64,000 nucleotides of DNA from Nitrospirota bacterium (GTDB lineage: Bacteria > Nitrospirota > UBA9217): assembly GCA_963845065.1 (NCBI GenBank), contig CAWJQQ010000003.1:44691-108690 (forward strand), in the 5' to 3' direction. Position 1 is the stretch's first letter; every line of letters starts with the position of its first letter. Positions 9,441 through 19,797 of this stretch are shown piece after piece. The notes under the pieces were generated by a model. That model was not told the DNA's origin and did no database searches. It saw only the letters and a program-made list of their open reading frames with translations. A program made the position numbers and the translations under genes.

Positions 9441-10751
9441 TTATAACCCCGTTATAAATACCTGATAAACCAGGTAAACGTTTAAAGCTAAAATCAAGGC
9501 TGCCACAATACTTGTAAGCGTCGTTGTGGCAATGTGGTTGACCAATACTCCCATCAAGCTTTTGCGTCTGGTGAACACGATCAGTGGAATGATGGCGAAC
9601 GGAAGTCCAAAGCTTAGCACCACTTGGCTGATTACCAGGGTGCGTGTCGGGTCCAGCCCGATAAAGATAACTACCAGGGATGGAATAATTGTAACCAGAC
9701 GGCGGATCCAGACGGGGATTCGCCGCTGCAAGAATCCCTGCATCATAACCTGTCCCGCCATTGTACCGACCGCAGAGGAAGACAGGCCGGAAGTGAGAAG
9801 TGAAATGGCAAAGATCCAGCTTGATGCCCTGCCCAGCAATGGTTCCAGGGTGCGATGAGCTGTTTCGAGACTTCCAACTTGGGTTAGTCCATGCTTAAAG
9901 AACGTTGAGGCTGCCATGATCAGCATCCCCATGTTGACTAGGCTTGCTAGCCCCATAGCAACGACCACATCCACTATCCCATAATGGAACAACCGCCGTA
10001 ATTGGTTCGCGTCCTTGACTACAATGCGGCCTTGAGTGAGTGCGGAATGCAAATAGATGGCGTGGGGCATGACCGTTGCGCCCACGATACCCGTCGCAAG
10101 CAAAACGCTCTCCGTTCCAGAAAATTGAGGAACGACTGAGTGATACAGTACATTGCCCCAGTTCGGCTTATCCAGGATGGTTTCGATCAGGTAGCTGACC
10201 GTTACAACACCTGCCAAAGCCGTAATTACCGCCTCGACCGGTCGGAAGCCGTAACGCTCTAGACCCAGGATGAGGAAAGTGGTGGCGGCGGTTATGAGAC
10301 CGGCCAGCCAGAGAGAGGTGCCAAAAAGCAGATAAAAGCCGACGGCTGCTCCCATGAACTCGGCCAGGTCGGTCGCAATCGCCACAATCTCCATCAATAC
10401 CCACATCGTAATAACAACAGAACGTGAAAAATGATTGCGGCAATGTTCGGCCAGATTCAGTCCCGTGGCGATGCCGAGCTTGGCCGACAGTGCCTGGACC
10501 AGCATTGCCATCAGGTTGCTGGCAACGATGACCCATAGCAGGGTGTACCCGAATTTAGCGCCGCCCTGGATGTTGGTGGCGAAGTTGCCGGGATCGATAT
10601 AAGCGACACTGGCGATGAATGCAGGCCCCAGAAAAGGGAGAAGGCGGGAAAAGGGCCCCTTCTGGCTGCGATAAGCTAGAACATCCATGGCAGTATCGAT
10701 CGTCCCTTGATCGCCAGCTTTCCTGTGTTGAGTCTTATCGGGTTCATCCAT
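9441..10751 (-). CDS. mntH: NRAMP-family divalent metal (Mn2+/Fe2+) transporter MntH
   Basis: DPGNFATNIQGGAKFGYTLLWV and MPHAIYLHSAL motifs with many TM segments. I prefer the ATG at 10751 (MDEPDK...) over the TTG at 10787 used by the ORF track. Confidence 0.9.
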   Translation of the reverse strand: MDEPDKTQHRKAGDQGTIDTAMDVLAYRSQKGPFSRLLPFLGPAFIASVAYIDPGNFATNIQGGAKFGYTLLWVIVASNLMAMLVQALSAKLGIATGLNLAEHCRNHFSRSVVITMWVLMEIVAIATDLAEFMGAAVGFYLLFGTSLWLAGLITAATTFLILGLERYGFRPVEAVITALAGVVTVSYLIETILDKPNWGNVLYHSVVPQFSGTESVLLATGIVGATVMPHAIYLHSALTQGRIVVKDANQLRRLFHYGIVDVVVAMGLASLVNMGMLIMAASTFFKHGLTQVGSLETAHRTLEPLLGRASSWIFAISLLTSGLSSSAVGTMAGQVMMQGFLQRRIPVWIRRLVTIIPSLVVIFIGLDPTRTLVISQVVLSFGLPFAIIPLIVFTRRKSLMGVLVNHIATTTLTSIVAALILALNVYLVYQVFITGL

Positions 10752-11106
10752 AAGGGCTCTTATGTATTTTTGTGAATAAATAGGCAAATGCTACTTGCAA
10801 GATTAAGGCAGAAATTAAGACTTGTTTTTTCATGATGTATTCCTTAATTAATTGACTCCATATCACTAGCAGCATCTTGGGCGAATATATGATATTCTTG
10901 ATTTTCTGGGTTGTCAACAATGTCGATCTGAGTATTTTATGGGTACAATGTTAACGAATACCGCTTCAAGTAAACCGCTCCGCGGCAGAGAAGCATAGAC
11001 CGCTTCCTTCTACCACCATCACTTCGCTTGATATTTTCTGAGTGGTTTCCGTGTTACCATATTTCTCCATTGCAGTTCAATCTTATTTCACAAGGACAGT
11101 ATAGTC

Positions 11107-11190
11107 ATGGAAAACTGGTACGAGAAGTCCATCAATGCCCTGCAACTGAGCGGTATGTCCGAACGAACGCAGGCAAGCTATAACTCCAAA
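11107..11190 (+). pseudogene. Stub of a tyrosine recombinase (N-terminal SAM-like domain start)
   Basis: MENWYEKSINALQLSGMSERTQASY resembles the start of integrase N-terminal SAM-like domains. The frame then runs into unrelated IS-derived sequence. Confidence 0.3.
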
Positions 11191-11195
11191 TGCGA

Positions 11196-11345
11196 TAATC
11201 TCATAAAGCACCTCCTGGGATTGGCGTCTCTTCCCAAGAGCATATCAGAACCTTTTAGATTCTGGTATGCTCGGAGGTGCCCTTTATATGATTATCAAGT
11301 TAGATTCGATATTCTTCGTCTTAATGAAATTGAACCTGAATCCGG
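11196..11345 (-). repeat. Orphan left end (5' UTR up to the ATG) of a diverged IS110-family variant
   Basis: The reverse complement aligns with 5873..5980 (gataatcatataaa.ggcacctccgagcata...ggaggtgct.tatgagattat). Homology ends about 10 nt into the transposase ORF. Its outer 46 nt recur at 40432..40478 and stop at the same terminal nucleotide. Confidence 0.55.
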
Positions 11346-11356
11346 CATGAAAATGG

Positions 11357-12657
11357 TCAAATTTTCATTCGAGCAATTTTATTGATAGCGTACTCGAATG
11401 CTTCACGGTACCAGAAATTTAACGGAAGTTTTAATGTTGGCCGGTTTTCAGATTTTACCAAGACGCCTGGAACGAGTAATAGACGTGATCGCAAAGTTTT
11501 GAGCATCATCGTTTGAACACCCTTTGGTAAGCAGAGGCGCTTGAACCAGTTGATCAGATTATACGAAAACATCAGAATGTGAAAATACGCTTCGTTGGCT
11601 GCGAAGTGCTTTGTCGGTATCTTGGCCAATGGATAATCGCCTTTGAATTCTTTGATAATGAGTTCCAAAGCAACTCGACCGATGTAAAACCTCCACGTGT
11701 TGAGCGGAGTTAGGCTCAGGTTTGTCACAATGACCTGATAACTGTACTTGCCCATTGTGAACAGAGTAAGTTGCTCCGATGGGTCTTCGGGAATCGGGCG
11801 TCGGATCACAACAAACCGATATTCCCTGTGTTCTGCCTGGATGGGATATGTAAACTCGGATGTCTCCATTCCGAATGCATAACGGTGATACGATAATCCC
11901 GCAAGCCTTCTTTTGATTGGCGGTGTCAGCCTGACAACGAAGCAAACAGGGCGTTCCTGGATTCCAGATACTCGACAGTCTTGTGGTCGAAAAAACCCTT
12001 GTCTACCCTGATGATTATGACTTTTACTGAGGGTGGCACTTTGGCAAATGATGCCTTCAGAAAGTCGAGAACATCCGCAGCGGTATGCGCGTCGCCTGGC
12101 CGGAGTTCTCCGTTCCAGTAGTCCTTGGCAATGTCGTTGAAGCAAACGAGAGGATGGTACGAAGGCCTTCCACGATTCTTCGAATTGTATCCGACGTTGG
12201 CCATCTCCTATTTCCCGCACAAAACGAGAACGGTAGAGTACATGTCAGAGATAATGCGGGTAGGTAAATAGGGCTTCAGCATCATCGACGAGAGCAGTTT
12301 GTCGTGAAGTCGCCTGAGCCTTGGCAGAGACAGTGGCGCTATTCTCAGAAGAAAGCGCCGCAAGGTCGACGGATCGGGATATGTAGGCAAACCGGTAAGA
12401 TATTGAAAGACTCCGTTGTGTTTCAGCAGATGGGTTGTTTCGATCCTGCCGAAGCCGAGGATGATTGGATAAACCAATGACAGTATTGATTCTGAGATCG
12501 TGAAGTGATTGTTGCGTTGAGTAAATCGCGTTTCGTTGTAGTGAAGTGTTTTGAGCTTGAGTTTTTTGAAAAATAGGAACAGCAAATAAACGCCGCCGAA
12601 GTGGGTAAAGTTTTTCCCAACAAAAGACAGCACCAAATTTTTGGGGCCTAAGCGCAT
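11357..12657 (-). pseudogene. IS1380-family transposase split over three reading frames
   Basis: Pieces lie at 12657..12208 (…FTHFGGVYLL…), 12204..11926 (VGYNSKNRGRPSYHPLVCF…IRVDKGFFD) and about 11945..11357 (RFVVIRRP…YQVIVTNL…ANEAYFHILMFSYNLINWFK). The motif order matches IS1380-type DDE enzymes. Confidence 0.75.
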
Positions 12658-13039
12658 TGCGAATGAACCTAACTTTTTGGTAGGTTTGTTCGTTGAGTGA
12701 TTTACACATAATTGTACGCATTTTTAAAGGCTGATTCAACACTATAATTTGAGTATCACGCAGGTTTCAGGTTAAAATCTCTTTGGTAAACACCTTCAAA
12801 CATAGAATGGTGGCTCAAAATCCTGTCATATTCTGGTAGAACCTTGCAATGTTCATTGATGCGACCTTACCTATTTATCTTCAATGCCGAGATGAATTGG
12901 TCATGACGTTTACAAAGGAAATAGATAACAAAAGGCAGCGCCATTTCAGACCCTGCCTTGTAAGATTGTTCTTGAGTTACATAGCATTCTTAATTCATAT
13001 CACTTTTTATTGAATTTTGAGAAATCCATATCTGTTTTA

Positions 13040-13738
13040 CTAAGGCCTGATTGTGGCAATAAATCTTTGTGTTAACTCAACAGTTCCGCTTTGCATACCA
13101 TTTCTGCTTTCTATGACAGGGCAAACTCCAGAAGTGATAATTTTGCCGTCTTGGACGACACCTGGACCGCTATAAATAGCATTATTGAATCTAGGGTCCG
13201 TTCTTGTCCTAGTTTTGCTCGTTTTCAGAGGATCTTCGTAGTAGGCGTATTTTTTCCCTTTTAAGACGCCCGCGTCCGCCAAAATAATAGAAGCATTGGA
13301 GGCAGCAGCCACAGGCTTTCCTTCTGCTAGTGTCTTCTTCACTACCGCAACCGCTTCAGGAGATACCGGCGGCCCCGGAAACATCCCGACGGCCATACAT
13401 GGCATGATCACACCTACATAGTTATCCAAGTTAATTTCGGATAATCTTAATACGTTTTCGATTTTTTGGGTAGGACCTAAGATGGACTGACCTGATGTAG
13501 TAGCTATATCCACGTCAAATCCTGCATTCTTAAGAAGTTTGGTCATCACACCCACTTCCATTTTGATCGCGAGGTCTATATCCGTCGAATATCCTTCACG
13601 AAGAACCATGAGGACTTTGCGATTGTTCTGTCCAAACGCCTCCGAAGGACCCGTGGCGGGGAAAAAAGCTAAAAAAGAAACTACTCCCATAAAAAAAATT
13701 ATTGAGATAAACTTGATAATCTTGATAATCTTTCTCAT
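13040..13738 (-). CDS. Secreted DJ-1/PfpI-like (class I glutamine amidotransferase-like) protein
   Basis: 232 aa with a signal-like N-terminus. KPVAAASNASIILADAGVLKGKKYA aligns with the nucleophile-elbow region of DJ-1/PfpI, but with Ser where Cys is usual. Confidence 0.55.
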   Translation of the reverse strand: MRKIIKIIKFISIIFFMGVVSFLAFFPATGPSEAFGQNNRKVLMVLREGYSTDIDLAIKMEVGVMTKLLKNAGFDVDIATTSGQSILGPTQKIENVLRLSEINLDNYVGVIMPCMAVGMFPGPPVSPEAVAVVKKTLAEGKPVAAASNASIILADAGVLKGKKYAYYEDPLKTSKTRTRTDPRFNNAIYSGPGVVQDGKIITSGVCPVIESRNGMQSGTVELTQRFIATIRP

Positions 13739-14111
13739 TTTTGACCTCCTTATGCATATATTTAAAAAACCTTGGCATTGAAAAAAAACTTGTTCTTTAG
13801 TTATGCCTCAGCATATGTGCTATTTTTTAGTATAGCCCTTAACTAGTTCCGTCACTTTGAATGCCTCCAAAGGGCGACGAACCCCTTAGAGGCTGCATAT
13901 AGGCACCTTCCAGATACTCTTTTTCATACGTTCCTCCACAAGATTAAATGGATGGTCGAGAAGTTAATGATGGAAACCACTTATGATAGCATGGATATTG
14001 TCTGTACCGGCACTTTTCATTCCTGTTTGAGCGTATTGACGATCCCGGTTTGTATGCAAAATGAAAGATAGAGTTTCTGGTTGTCGAGATCTTTCGTACT
14101 ATCCTGCTTAA

Positions 14112-14411
14112 CGCCTTGATTGCGCGTATGACAGGGGCAGTTCTGCATGCGGGTATAATCTTTTGAATTTGCTCCGTAAGCCCGGCCACGCGCTCTGTGC
14201 ATTCCATCACAGCGTGGATATACTCTTGCAAGATGATTTGCTGCTCAGGGTGCGGCATATTGATGTCTGCCAGCCAGCGCATGTGAGCCTGGGTCCAAGT
14301 GGTTTCCCCCGAGTAACGGTGTCCGTGCCTCAGCAGCATCGCACTTAATCTTTGGCGGGAGATACATTGGGCCTTGATCGCCTCTTCCCTGCCGTGTGTC
14401 AGGTCCCGCAT
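14112..14411 (-). pseudogene. Internal fragment of another IS110-family transposase
   Basis: RDLTHGREEAIKAQCISRQRLSAMLLRHGHRYSG.TTWTQAHMRWLADI...PEQQIILQEYIHAV is typical of the central IS110 region. Both ends are missing. Confidence 0.5.
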
Positions 14412-14491
14412 AGCTTCACGATCCTCTTAGGGTGATTATTCCTCCTTTACCGCATTACAAGTCATTAAACAGTTACTAAGGGGAGCACATT

Positions 14492-15574
14492 ATAGTTTGC
14501 ATTTATAAAGCAGCATACTGAACGTGCTTCTCCTGAAAATAGCTTTGAACAATATATGGTTTCTTCTGTCGGCTGCGCAAGTAACCACGAACATTGGATA
14601 ATAATTCATCCTGCGTGTGCGCTCGCTGCCGTCCGACGGCATTGCTCTTAACGTCCTGGTTCAACATCTCATCCGGATTGAGCTCCGGACTATAGGACGG
14701 CAAATAGAACAGACGAATCTGCTTCTCATTCTCCGAAAGCCATTTTTTTACGGTACGGGAACGGTGCACAGGATGTCTATCGACAATCAAAAAGACCTTT
14801 CGTTTGGACTGGCGAACCATACGTTTCAGGAAGCCGGTAAACACGTCATCGCGGAACCGCTTCCGAAACACCATGAACGCAAGATGTCCTTTGTTCGTAA
14901 TGGCAGAGACCATGTTGCATCCGAATCGTTGTCCCGTTCCCGGAATGACGGGGGTCTCACCTTGAAGACTATAGGTCCGGCCGGTAGCATGATCGGACCG
15001 CAGCCCCATCTCGTCACCCCAGTAAATCTCGGCTTTTTCGCGCTTCGCCTGCGCACGTATCCGTGGATACTCATGCGTAAGCCAGTGTTGAACTTCTTCA
15101 GAGTTCTGTTCAAAGGCCCGGCGTACGGGTTTCTGCGGGGTAAAACCCCACTGGGCAAGGTAGCGTCCAACAGTCCAGACAGAAAGCTCAACATTGAACT
15201 TTTTGGCAATCAACTGGGCTACGGCTTCACGGGTCCACAGGTAAAACGGCAGCTTCAGTTGGTCCGGCAAGCGATCTTGAATGGTCTTGCTGACCCTTTC
15301 CGCTTGCCATGGCTTAAGCGATCCGCCCGTCGGGCGACCTCGTCGTTTTGCTGCGAGCGCTTTGACACCCTCGGTTCGGTGCAATGCAATCCATTTTCCG
15401 ACCGCGTGACGCGTAACACCGAATATCTGAGCAACTTCGACCTGCTTCTTGCCATCAAGAACAGCTTTGACTGCTTTTTGCCTTATGGCCTCTTGTGCAT
15501 CCGGGGACAACGAACGGGCATCACCTTTTTTCATGCCCCAATTATACCATGTTAATGTATAAAATGCAAACTAT
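14492..15574 (-). mobile_element. IS630-family insertion sequence (about 1.08 kb), apparently intact
   Basis: Terminal inverted repeats tagtttgcattt (14493..) and aaatgcaaacta (..15573) bracket a single 343-aa transposase gene. Confidence 0.8.
14503..15534 (-). CDS. IS630-family (Tc1/mariner-like) DDE transposase
   Basis: HTH: VAQIFGVTRHAVGKWI. Further motifs: LWTREAVAQLI, IYWGDEMGLRSDH, FLIVDRHPVHRS, LFYLPSYSPELNPDE. Confidence 0.85.
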   Translation of the reverse strand: MKKGDARSLSPDAQEAIRQKAVKAVLDGKKQVEVAQIFGVTRHAVGKWIALHRTEGVKALAAKRRGRPTGGSLKPWQAERVSKTIQDRLPDQLKLPFYLWTREAVAQLIAKKFNVELSVWTVGRYLAQWGFTPQKPVRRAFEQNSEEVQHWLTHEYPRIRAQAKREKAEIYWGDEMGLRSDHATGRTYSLQGETPVIPGTGQRFGCNMVSAITNKGHLAFMVFRKRFRDDVFTGFLKRMVRQSKRKVFLIVDRHPVHRSRTVKKWLSENEKQIRLFYLPSYSPELNPDEMLNQDVKSNAVGRQRAHTQDELLSNVRGYLRSRQKKPYIVQSYFQEKHVQYAAL

Positions 15575-15899
15575 TTATTGCACTGATTAGTAAATGCTGA
15601 ACACACTAAAAAGCGTGAAGCCCGATGCTTTGCATCACCCTCTTGCTAAACGTTTGGCTTAATCGTTGTAATCTACTTATCAAAAGAAATAGAATGCACG
15701 ATATGTGTGTATTTTGATATTTAATGTTTTACCAATCTAATAAATATTATTAGAGACATGTATTTTTATAACATAGCACTAAACGAAAAAATGCGACGGA
15801 GTATTTTTGGGGTATTGCAGAAAATGACAAAAAAGGAGGAGGTTTAACTTTTCGCCGGAAATACCCTTCCGTAAGGGAGGGGATGAAGGGCGACGTTTT

Positions 15900-15928
15900 T
15901 TGACAAAAGTAGATTTACGTGGTAATAT
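15900..15928 (+). promoter_or_regulatory. Near-consensus sigma70-type promoter inside the left end of TnpB unit 1
   Basis: TTGACA (15900..15905), a 17-nt spacer, then TAATAT (15923..15928), 13 nt upstream of the ATG at 15942. Confidence 0.45.
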
Positions 15929-15941
15929 GTATAGTATTTCA

Positions 15942-17083
15942 ATGTTGAAAACTAAAGCTTACAAATACCGCCTCTATCCTCCTAAAAAACAAACATTGAT
16001 GTTCGCTCAAACCCTTGATGTCTGCCGAGTGCTTTACAACTCCTGTATTGCAGACAGGAAGAATGCTTTCGAAAAGACCGGCAAGGGTCTTACCAGGGTA
16101 CGCCAACAAGAGATCCTTAAAAGCGATAAAACCAGAATAAATTCCCTTGAAGGCATCCATTCCCAAGTCTTACAGAATGTTTTATTTCGTGTTGAGCGCT
16201 CCTATCAAAACTTTTTCCGGAGAGTTAAAGGCACGTCCGGTAAAGCGGGTTACCCAAGGTTCAAGGGGATCGGACAATATGACTCCATCCATTATCCGCA
16301 GACTCCGGGGTTCCAGTTACTAATACCGCAGAATAGCCAAAGTCATCGTGGACGCCTTAAACTCTCCAAAATAGGGACGATTAAAATAAAGCTTCATCGC
16401 CCAATTATCGGGTCTATCAAAACCTGCACGGTCAAAAGAGAACACGACAAGTGGTTTGCCTGCTTTTCCGTGGAGTATGTGCCTATTCCCGAACTAGTAT
16501 CTGACAAGGCCATCGGCGTAGATGTTGGCATTCATAATTTCGCTGTTCTTTCTACGGGTGAGACAATAGCAAATTCTAAGTACTTGCAAACCACCGAGAA
16601 GAAACTCAAGGAATGACGCTTGCTAAGCTTCATCAGAAGGTCCATAATCAGCGTTTTGACTTTCATCATAAGACCTCCTGTAAACTCGTAGATACTTATG
16701 GTTTCATCGTAACAGAAGACCTGAATATCACAGGCATGGTCAAGAACCATCACCTTGCCAAATAAATATCCGATGCTGGATGGGGACAAATTCCTAATTA
16801 TCTTGCATACAAAGCGGAAGAAGCTGGGCGCAAGTTCGACAAAGTCGCTCCTTATCACACAAGCATCATTTGCAGCTGCTGTGGGGAACGGGTGCCTAAA
16901 ACGCTTGCCGAAAGGGTGCATGATTGCCCTTTCTGCAAGACCTTCATGGACCGCGATCGCAACGCTGCAATAAACATCCTGAATAAGTCTACGGCAGGAA
17001 CTGCCGAAATCTACGCTTGGGGAGAGGCGGTGCTGCAAGGCCCCTCAACGAACCAAGAAGCTTCGACCGTAAGGGCGAGGTAG
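15942..17083 (+). pseudogene. tnpB: IS200/IS605-family TnpB (RNA-guided nuclease homologue), decayed
   Basis: MLKTKAYKYRLYP..., IGVDVGIHNF, IVTEDLNI, zinc ribbon CSCCG...CPFC, DRDRNAAINI, tail NQEASTVRAR. Interrupted by a frameshift near 16610 and an in-frame TAA at 16763..16765 (HLAK*ISDAGWG). Confidence 0.8.
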
Positions 17084-17414
17084 TTCACGTGTACTAGGAA
17101 CTACAACGGTTATAACGCATAGTTGATGTGAAATAGAAGGCTTTTGTCAGGTCTTCACCTTGCAACGCTACCATAATTTTATTAAGATGAACGCAACTAC
17201 TACAAAGATAGGGTATAATATGTTTGTAGTAGTAAACGATGAAAATGATAAGTCTGTTTTCGAGGGAATCCCTCCATCGGTCAAAAAATATGTTTACGGA
17301 AGATCTGTGATGAAGAGAATCTCGTGCGTAGCAAAATTAAAAAGCTAGGAAATTAGACTGACAGGCTTGAATATACGAAAGAGATAAATATTTAAATAGG
17401 GGAAGGAGTATATC

Positions 17415-18128
17415 ATGCAAAAGGGAAGTATTGTTATCGGAGTACTGGCAGCCTTCTTGACCTTCTTATCACCTGCCTTTGCTTACAATACTATGGACGT
17501 CACAAATGGCGGAAGTATCGAAGGAACGGTTGAGTACGCAGGGGCACATGTTCCGAAAGATCAGGTGGTTGAAATGATACCCGAGAACTCGTTTTGCGGC
17601 GTCAAACTTCCTGCAGAAAGGTATCTAATCAAGGATAGGAAGATCAAGAATGTAGTCGTATATATTGAAGATATTAAGGCTGGAAAGCCGGTCCCCAATG
17701 ACCCCGTCACCTTGACGAATCTGCAATGCGCCTTTGTCCCTCATGTGGTCATCGGGTTTAAGGGTAACATATTCATCGAGCGAAACGATGACCCGATACC
17801 GCACAATATCCATACATACTGGAGTGGAAAGACGATGTACAACATTGAACTTCCGGGAGAAGATATGTCCATCACGAAGCCCCTGACAAGAACGGGGCTT
17901 ATCGAGGTCGAATGTGACACCCATCACTGGATGCATGGATATCTACAGGTCTTCGATCATCCATATGCCACAGTTACCAACGAAGACGGAGAATTTTACT
18001 TGAAGGACGTTCCGCCCGGTACCTATACTCTAGTTGCGTGGCATGAAATGCTGAATAGAATAAGAGTGTATAATGTCAAGGTCGAAAGCGGAAAGGTAAC
18101 GAAGCTAAAGTTGGAATATGGGAAATAA
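17415..18128 (+). CDS. Secreted cupredoxin-like protein with a C-terminal carboxypeptidase-regulatory-like beta-sandwich
   Basis: Signal peptide ending AFA. PHNIH...C-D-T-H-H-W-M gives the H...C-x2-H-x2-M spacing of amicyanin-type type-1 Cu sites. The C-terminal part reads TNEDGEFYLKDVPPGTYTLVAWHE. Confidence 0.5.
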   Translation: MQKGSIVIGVLAAFLTFLSPAFAYNTMDVTNGGSIEGTVEYAGAHVPKDQVVEMIPENSFCGVKLPAERYLIKDRKIKNVVVYIEDIKAGKPVPNDPVTLTNLQCAFVPHVVIGFKGNIFIERNDDPIPHNIHTYWSGKTMYNIELPGEDMSITKPLTRTGLIEVECDTHHWMHGYLQVFDHPYATVTNEDGEFYLKDVPPGTYTLVAWHEMLNRIRVYNVKVESGKVTKLKLEYGK

Positions 18129-18248
18129 ACTCTTTGTCAGCCAAGAGTTCGCAATTGTTGTTCCAACATTTAACTTGCAATTCCTCATAGCAAGCAGACT
18201 GTCCGACAATTAACTGCTTGCGAGTAGTTTATTTCTAACAGAACTGAA

Positions 18249-19469
18249 ATGGCGCATCCCAAAATTCTTGCATTCGTCCTGGCCGGCGGCAAAGGCGAGC
18301 GGTTGACCCCACTCACCGATTTCCGCTCTAAGCCTGCCGTGCCCTTCGGCGGCAGGTACAGGATTGTAGACTTCGTGCTCAGCAATCTGGTGAATTCTCA
18401 CATCTATTCTGTGTATCTGTTAGTCCAATACAAGTCCCAATCACTGATTGAGCATGTACGCAAAAACTGGGTGCTATCCTCCTTCATCCCTGACCATTTC
18501 GTGGCTGTTGTTCCACCGCAGATGCGAATGGGTCCCGAGTGGTTCCAAGGCACGGCCAATGCGGTGTACCAGAACATCAACCTTATCCAAGACCGCGACC
18601 CGGAGTTAGTGATCGTCTTCGGTGCGGACCACATCTACCGTATGGACATTCGGCAGATGATCGACTTCCATCTGGAAAAGAGCGCGGATGTGACCGTGGC
18701 TACGCGGCCCGTACCGCTCGCTGAGGCCTCGGCTTTCGGCGTAGTCGCAACTGACAGCGGGAGGAGGATTACCGGATTCCAGGAAAAACCCGAACATCCA
18801 ACGCCAAAATCGGACGCACCCAGTCGTGCGTATGTTTCGATGGGCAATTATATCTTCAACCGGGATATTCTCATTGAGGCGCTCGTGCATGCGGAGATGA
18901 AAGGCCTGCACGACTTCGGCTCACACATTATCCCCACCCTTGTGGAAACAGGCAGGGTCTATGCGTACGATTTTGCGACGAACCTCGTACCTGGCACGAT
19001 GCAATACGAAGAACTAGGGTACTGGCGGGATGTGGGAACTATTCCTGCATATTTCCAGGCGCACATGGACATGCTGGGTGAGCAGCCCGTCTTCGACCTG
19101 CATAATAAAAAGTGGCCTATCCATCCGGCCGGGCACGAGGGGCCTGCAGCACAGATTTTCAGCGGCGAAATACGGAACAGCATCATCTCCGAGGGGGACA
19201 TCGTGCGAAACGCCAAGATCGTGAACTCTGTCGTCCGACAGGGTGTCGTGATCGAGGACGATGCCATAGTGGAAGACAGTATCATCATGGACTACACGGT
19301 CATCAGTAAGGGTTGCAGGCTCAAGAAGGTAATCGTGGACAAGTTCAATATCCTACCGGAGAAGCTTGAGATAGGCACTGACGCAGGAAAGGACCTTCTG
19401 AACGCTAAGTTCCACATTGATCCGTCAGGAATCAGAATCATCGCTAAGCCGGAAAGGAAGATCGGTTAA
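18249..19469 (+). CDS. glgC: Glucose-1-phosphate adenylyltransferase
   Basis: LAGGKGERLTPLT..RSKPAVPFGGRYRIVDFVLSNLVNS...LVQYKSQSL, followed by a left-handed beta-helix-like C-terminus. Confidence 0.9.
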   Translation: MAHPKILAFVLAGGKGERLTPLTDFRSKPAVPFGGRYRIVDFVLSNLVNSHIYSVYLLVQYKSQSLIEHVRKNWVLSSFIPDHFVAVVPPQMRMGPEWFQGTANAVYQNINLIQDRDPELVIVFGADHIYRMDIRQMIDFHLEKSADVTVATRPVPLAEASAFGVVATDSGRRITGFQEKPEHPTPKSDAPSRAYVSMGNYIFNRDILIEALVHAEMKGLHDFGSHIIPTLVETGRVYAYDFATNLVPGTMQYEELGYWRDVGTIPAYFQAHMDMLGEQPVFDLHNKKWPIHPAGHEGPAAQIFSGEIRNSIISEGDIVRNAKIVNSVVRQGVVIEDDAIVEDSIIMDYTVISKGCRLKKVIVDKFNILPEKLEIGTDAGKDLLNAKFHIDPSGIRIIAKPERKIG

Positions 19470-19797
19470 GAGGCATGAATATTACTCATTTCATCATTGA
19501 TCAGAGAAGCATGCGTTTTCAAGCAGGCGATTCAAGTCCACTTGCTTTCCTCTTGGTATTTGATTTGAAAAATGATGAGAATAATATAGCCGCTTAGCGA
19601 CGTGAGTTCATGTTCCTGTTCAGGCTCGATGTCAACGTTGTTATGTAGGGCATGCGCTAACGAAATCAAATGGTAACTTTATGAGTTAAGAGAATGAAAA
19701 GTTCAATTACTACAGATTATACAGTTAACTGAATGCTTCAAACGGAATTCATCGCTATTTCGCCGGCCTTGTCGCTTCGATTATAACATCTGCAAGT

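Noticed and set aside
14617-15555. Long antisense ORFs opposite real genes, for example 14617..15555, 29568..30212/48509..49153, 33288..34034, 16532..17038 and 7391..8086.
   Set aside because: These are shadow ORFs on the opposite strand of well-supported genes, or read-through across IS debris. They have low-complexity or atypical composition and no recognisable motifs.
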